Origin: Amoebophrya sp. A120
Lineage: Eukaryota; Protista; Dinoflagellata
Assembly: GCA_905178155.1 (NCBI GenBank)
Contig: CAJINV010000012.1
Coordinates: 1,988,492-2,052,491, forward strand
Length of the DNA: 64,000 nt
Reading direction: 5' to 3'
Shown piece after piece: positions 58,979 to 64,000 of the stretch; position 1 is the first letter of the stretch; the number at the start of each line of letters is the position of its first letter. A program made the position numbers and the translations under genes. The notes beneath the pieces were generated by a model that was given only the letters and a program-made list of their open reading frames with translations, did no database searches and was not told where the DNA came from.

Positions 58979-61900
58979 TCAGTTGTGTGGTTCACAACTA
59001 CTGATAAAGAAGTCGTCCAAGGACGAGCTCTCCGGTGCCTTGTCCTTCGTCACTCTCTCTTGCTGAAAATGTCCTCTTTCGTGGACCGGGACAGTATAGT
59101 CGAGGACTGCTAGTCCACCTACCGGTACATCAACCCGTAGCGCTTCGTAGTGCTCAGGACTATAGGAGCTTCTCGTTGCAGCTCCACCATGTTCTTGATC
59201 TCCGACCAGCTTGCTGGAAGTACTATATTTCCACCTGTCGTCATACACGTAGCTGGGCTGCTTGCGGAGCGGCTGTACGAGGACTCCAGAGTTGCTATCC
59301 TTATCCACGCCCTGTGCGGGGGAAACATTCTTAATATCGGGCGAGTGACGAGTTTTTTTAACTCTGTGCCTGAGTCGTTCACTTCTCTTTATCGAAGAAG
59401 CCGATGATGAGGCCACCTCCGACGAACTACCCGCTTCACTATTTCGGGCGGGAGAATGTGAAAAATGTCTAGAACTTGTTCGACGTCGACCGCCGCGGAA
59501 CGCATTGCGAAGCAGCAGACAAAGGTTGCTGTTGCTGCAGGTTGCGACACTCGTCTTCTTGACGGAGCTGGACGTAGATGCCCGTCGAGCGGCGGCGAGA
59601 CTGGTGCTGCCGCGTAGTTCCTCCTTCGCCACGGAACCTCGCCGCAGATTTTCGTTATTTGACGTTGTAGTTCCTGCTGCTCTTCTTGCCTTTTCATTCT
59701 CGTAGTTATCGACGTGTTGATGACACGAACTTCCAGCACTTTCCTCATTTTTACCAGTGCACCCGTCAGGAGCTCCCGCGCCGGCCGTGTCGTGGTTATC
59801 AACTGTAAAAATGTCTGGGTATCCTGGAAGATGAGTGCCAGACTTGTCATGCAGATTTTCCATCACCCATGAGGTCTGCTATGTAGGACATAGTATGACA
59901 GATTCTGTGAGTGTTCCATCATGCCTTTCCTGCATGAGAAACTGCCTCTCGATTAGGTCAAATGTGGACAGCTTTTGGTAATCACGCAACACAGTTTTTT
60001 ACATGTTGCAGATTTAGCATGACAAGTTGCTTTGTCCCAGACCCAGACATTTTTACGTTTCATAGTGGTGGAAATTGTGCAACGACCCGTGATGCAGGTC
60101 CACAAACATCTCCTCCGGCAAATGCCCGCTGATGTAATCATATCCTGTGCAAAAGTATTGTACTCGTAGTAATCGCAGTGATGCATTACAAATTGCTTTC
60201 TCAAATGAAGTCCGCATGACAAATTTTATTTCTCATGCTGAGGAAATTTGTCATGCGATTTGTACTAGTACGATGCTTTTGCATTTCATAAATCAAAATA
60301 AAAGCTGCGGGTCCGCTTCGCAATGTCCTCCGCGTTCTGCAGCTTCTTCCGACGCCGACACAGGCGCAGAACCCCGCAACACTTGTCGATACACATCAAA
60401 AATAACAGAACGAAAATGCCCGTCACCATCAGGGTCGTAACCAAACCGAAAAGGCTGGACGCCATCAGGAGATTGTCCATAGCCCGCTGGTAGACCGCGT
60501 CGTCTTGCTGCTGTTGCGTCAACATCAAGTCGGCTTGCTGGTTTTCTTGCAGTAATAACGGCGAGGGTAGGAAGAGACCCGCGAGCTTTGCTCCGACAAG
60601 GGGAAGAAAATTCACCGGATTTAGTTTCTGAAAAAAACCTCCTGCAGCAGCAGCAGCATCTTCGAGGGCGTCTTGCGCCAATGCCGGGGGAGGTAGTTCG
60701 GACGATGAGAGGTGAGGTGATTCTGATTGTAGATGTAATCCACTGTTTCTCCCGGCGGCTGCAGCAGACGGCGTAAAACTATCGTCAAAACGGAGCGGAC
60801 GGTCATTGTTGCCGAGTTTTGGTAGATCAGGATTTTGCAGCACAAGGTCACTCATTTCATCCTCGTCAGCTTCCTCGAATAAGTTAGCGGCCAAAAAGGA
60901 CTCGTGATCTCTACTTCGTGACGGGCTGGTACTTTCTCCCGTCCCTCCTTGTTCTCGGCTAGTAGTAGTACCTTGCCGCAGCTCGCGAGGACTGAACCGT
61001 CTCGGCCGTTGTTGCCCTTTCGGCGTGGCGGCAACTACGACCCCGTCGTGGATGGGACCAGTGCTTCCGGCATAAAGATCTTCTGATACTGATGCAGGAA
61101 CCTGCGCAGTACTTGGAATTCGAATTTCATCTTCCCGTACAAAGCTCTGGTTTCTTCGTTTCGGTGGGCCAGCAGCTGCAGGTGGAACTGCAGCGGCCGA
61201 AGTTGGAGACATCACTGGCGCACGACCATCGTGGTCCCCTTGCCGCAACGCCAGCGGACTGGAAGCCGGCGGGGCCGCTCCTGCAAGAGAGTTGTAGTCC
61301 GTGGTTCCAGAAGGTCTGGTTGATGTCCCGAACAACTTGACCACGAAATATCGAAAAGCATCCCGCCTCAATTTCTGCAACAGCCCGGAGGAGGACATCC
61401 CGGGTGCAGTTGTCCCAGCGGTGGAACCCGATAGTAGATTCCCCGATGGTTGTCTCCGCCCACTGCCATTTGTGTTCCGCAGTGTCGTTGATGATGTTGT
61501 TGCCATGTGGTTCACTTCTCCTCCTCCTGCACCAGCACCACCGCCTGCTGCCCCGCCGGCGTACATGCTTTGATCGTCGAGCGTCGACTGTTCAAGTTCA
61601 TCTTGCCCGTCCAGCTCGGAATAGTTGTACTGACTGAAACCGTCATCCCCGCCGCCCGCGAGGAGCATTATCCTGAGTAAAAACGTACCCACACCAGAGT
61701 TGTAATGCAGATTTGCAAAGACAGAAAGACTTGTAATGCGCATCCCCATGAGAGCCATTTCCAATCGTGTTTTGGAATTCGTGATGCTGTGAACAGGAGG
61801 AGCAGATGAATCTGTGATGCGGCTGCACTTGCTAACCTGCACTACACTGCATAGTGCAACTTGTCATGCGTGACTCCTAAAACTCCTAGGTTTGTGTTGC

Positions 61901-63563
61901 AAAATCCTCATCTTGACTCTGGTGTGGGTACGTTTTTACTCAGGATAAGCATCCCATCTACTTCGTCGTCGCCGGCAGAGGAAATGTGCTTCACAAACTC
62001 GATCAAATCTTATGACAGTGCACAACTCCCCCTCCCCCTCATTTGTCATGCAAAACACCAAATCCAGGCTGTGCCTCTTGGCAGTGTTTGCATGACAAAC
62101 TCAGGAACTCCAAACAGTAGTACAATCCACTATAGATTTGTCATGCAAAACCGGCATTCTTGCTGATCCTTGTATTGCCGCTTATGCTATACATCAAATG
62201 AGGGGAGGGGGAGTTGTGCACTGTGATAAATCTCGCCAGGCCTCCATCTCGCCGGTCAGAACCGGCTCGGCGATGCACAACTCGGTGAATTCGCAGTACC
62301 CGTTGTAGAGTTGCCGGATGACCAAGTTCAGGATGGTCGCCGTGTGAACTTTTTCGTACGTGTTGCCCCGCTCTGGGTGGTTCGGATCCGGCGGACCCCA
62401 GGCCATCTGGTATTCATATAACGAAAAAGGAGCTTATCACTCATTTTGGATGCGACAGGAACAACACGACCCGTCGCCCGCCAAGCAAACAGGACTAGTG
62501 AAAGCAACCGATAAACAGGAAGAGAACGATTGAAAAGATTTTATTTAAACGTAGTTTGCAAATGTAAATGTTGAAATACGAAAACGTCCTTGACCCACAT
62601 GGTATCCCAGCCCCAGATGACGGAGTACAGCCTTGTTTGCTGAATCGCGATCTCTTTCAACCGTAAGTCATCGTTCATGGCCTCCTTGATTTTGTACAGA
62701 CTCGTCAATGGGTTCTGGAAAACGGAGTTCGCAATACGCCGGATGTTGGATTCCTGGGGCGGCAATGCCGGAATCGCGTTCTGGATGTATTGCGGGATCT
62801 CCTTAAACATCTCGGCCCAGGTTTTCGACCGGTTCAAAGCCGACTGTGCCGGCGGCTGTTGAGAAGATGGTGCACCAGCCGCAGATGGGTTATTTTGTAC
62901 AAAAGAGGCAGCTTTACTATTTGCCTGTCCTGCGGCCGGGGAAGGTGGCGTCCCCCGTCCTCCTTGCTGCGGAGGTGGTCCACGCGCAGCGCCGGCTGCT
63001 CCAGGTGTTTGGCTGCTCCAGGTGTTTCGTCGAGCTAGTTGTGGCACGGACACGGAACGCGCAGCCGCGCCGCTCGCCCCGGGGCCTCCACGACTACAAG
63101 TATTTCGACTGGCAGAGGATATTGATGACCCTCCGGCGCTTTGATTCAGCGTGCCACCGGTTTCGCCCTGGACGAGTTGTTGCTGTAATAATCGGATCTG
63201 TCGCTGCTGCAGTTGGGGTTGTTGTAGCGGTTGTTGAAGACCAGTCCCAGGTGCTGACCCCGGACCCGGTACAATAGAGTTCTGCCTCTTGAATGCGGGG
63301 ACGGTCGGCGGCCGGTTTCGACTAGACATGGAGCCGCCCGCTGCTGCTCCCGCCGCCGCGAGAGGTGTAGTTGTAGCACCAGCATGAGACGACGAGGCAC
63401 TGCCGCGACCACGGGGAAGGAGGGGTGGCATTTTTGGAGCTCCTGGTGCTCCTGCGGCCGCAGTGGTGTTGCCGTTTTGTTGCATGATTTGGTGCTGATA
63501 ATTTTGTAGTTGTGGCCCTCCAACTGCTCCTGTAGGTAGAGTATTTTTACCCGCCTCACTCAT
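58979..63563 (-). CDS. Hypothetical low-complexity protein with one predicted TM helix
   Basis: Exons joined across four introners and one GT-AG-like intron (about 62409-62575); TM-like segment LLMASSLFGLVTTLMVTGIFVLLFLMCI. Confidence 0.65.
59797..60064. mobile_element. Introner element, family B
   Basis: TATCAACTGTAAAAATGTCTGGGT ... ACCCAGACATTTTTACGTTTCATA; DR GTGGT. Confidence 0.92.
60141..60290. mobile_element. Introner element, family A
   Basis: TATCCTGTGCAAAAGTATTGTACT ... AGTACGATGCTTTTGCATTTCATA; DR AATCA. Confidence 0.9.
61669..61947. mobile_element. Introner element, family D
   Basis: Perfect 32-bp TIR TATCCTGAGTAAAAACGTACCCACACCAGAGT; DR AGCAT. Confidence 0.93.
62011..62228. mobile_element. 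Introner element, family C
   Basis: TATGACAGTGCACAACTCCCCCTCCCC ... GGGGAGGGGGAGTTGTGCACTGTGATA; DR AATCT. Confidence 0.93.
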
Positions 63564-64000
63564 GCCCCCCTCGCGGAGGCTGGCTGTTCATCTTGTTTCT
63601 GCGTATAATATTTTACTACCACGTCTTCTTACATCAGGATCACAACCGGAACCGCTAGAAGTAGATTATTTTAGTATACTGATGGCGTAAATAGGGGGTA
63701 AACCGATAAAAACAAGACATAACCGACAAAAGCAAGACTGAAGAAAACCGAAAGTAGAATTGCTGCGCACAAAGTCGATGATCAAGAGCCGCGGTCAATC
63801 ATGTTGACCTCTTTTTGTTTATTTCAACATCGACAACATCGGTGGATCATGTGTAAGCAATATACAACTCAACACACACAAGATGTTCTTGTTGATCAAC
63901 ATTGCCAACTTGTAATTCAGAACGAACCAGATCCAGGAAGAAGACACTAGATCCGGGGAAAACAATAAGCAACACAGCAGATCGCCATGCCCATCGGAGC

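Overview
This is a eukaryotic, gene-dense window in which every host gene lies on the minus strand. The architecture points to the parasitic dinoflagellate Amoebophrya (Syndiniales); this is inferred from the co-oriented genes and the inverted-repeat non-canonical introns. Host genes are two long coiled-coil proteins, an MpaB/DUF2236-type oxygenase, a degenerate RlmI-like protein, an ankyrin plus C-terminal-motor kinesin-14, a 2OG-Fe(II) dioxygenase and a single-pass membrane protein. They are interrupted by about 35 introner elements (mostly 125-305 bp). These have 5'-TAT...ATA-3' terminal inverted repeats and usually a 5-bp direct repeat, fall into several families, occur in both orientations and are mostly not GT-AG. 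Three larger insertions are nested inside introners. The standout feature is an intact 15,930-bp element (2438-18367) with 462-bp TIRs and an 8-bp TSD (GTCGTCCT). It encodes a spliced hAT-type DDE transposase, a catalytic-domain-only tyrosine recombinase, and a long spliced cargo gene with ParB/Srx-like motifs; the recombinase appears to sit antisense inside an intron of that gene. An AT-rich inverted repeat lies almost exactly at the element's midpoint. All alignments were done by eye and no database searches were run.
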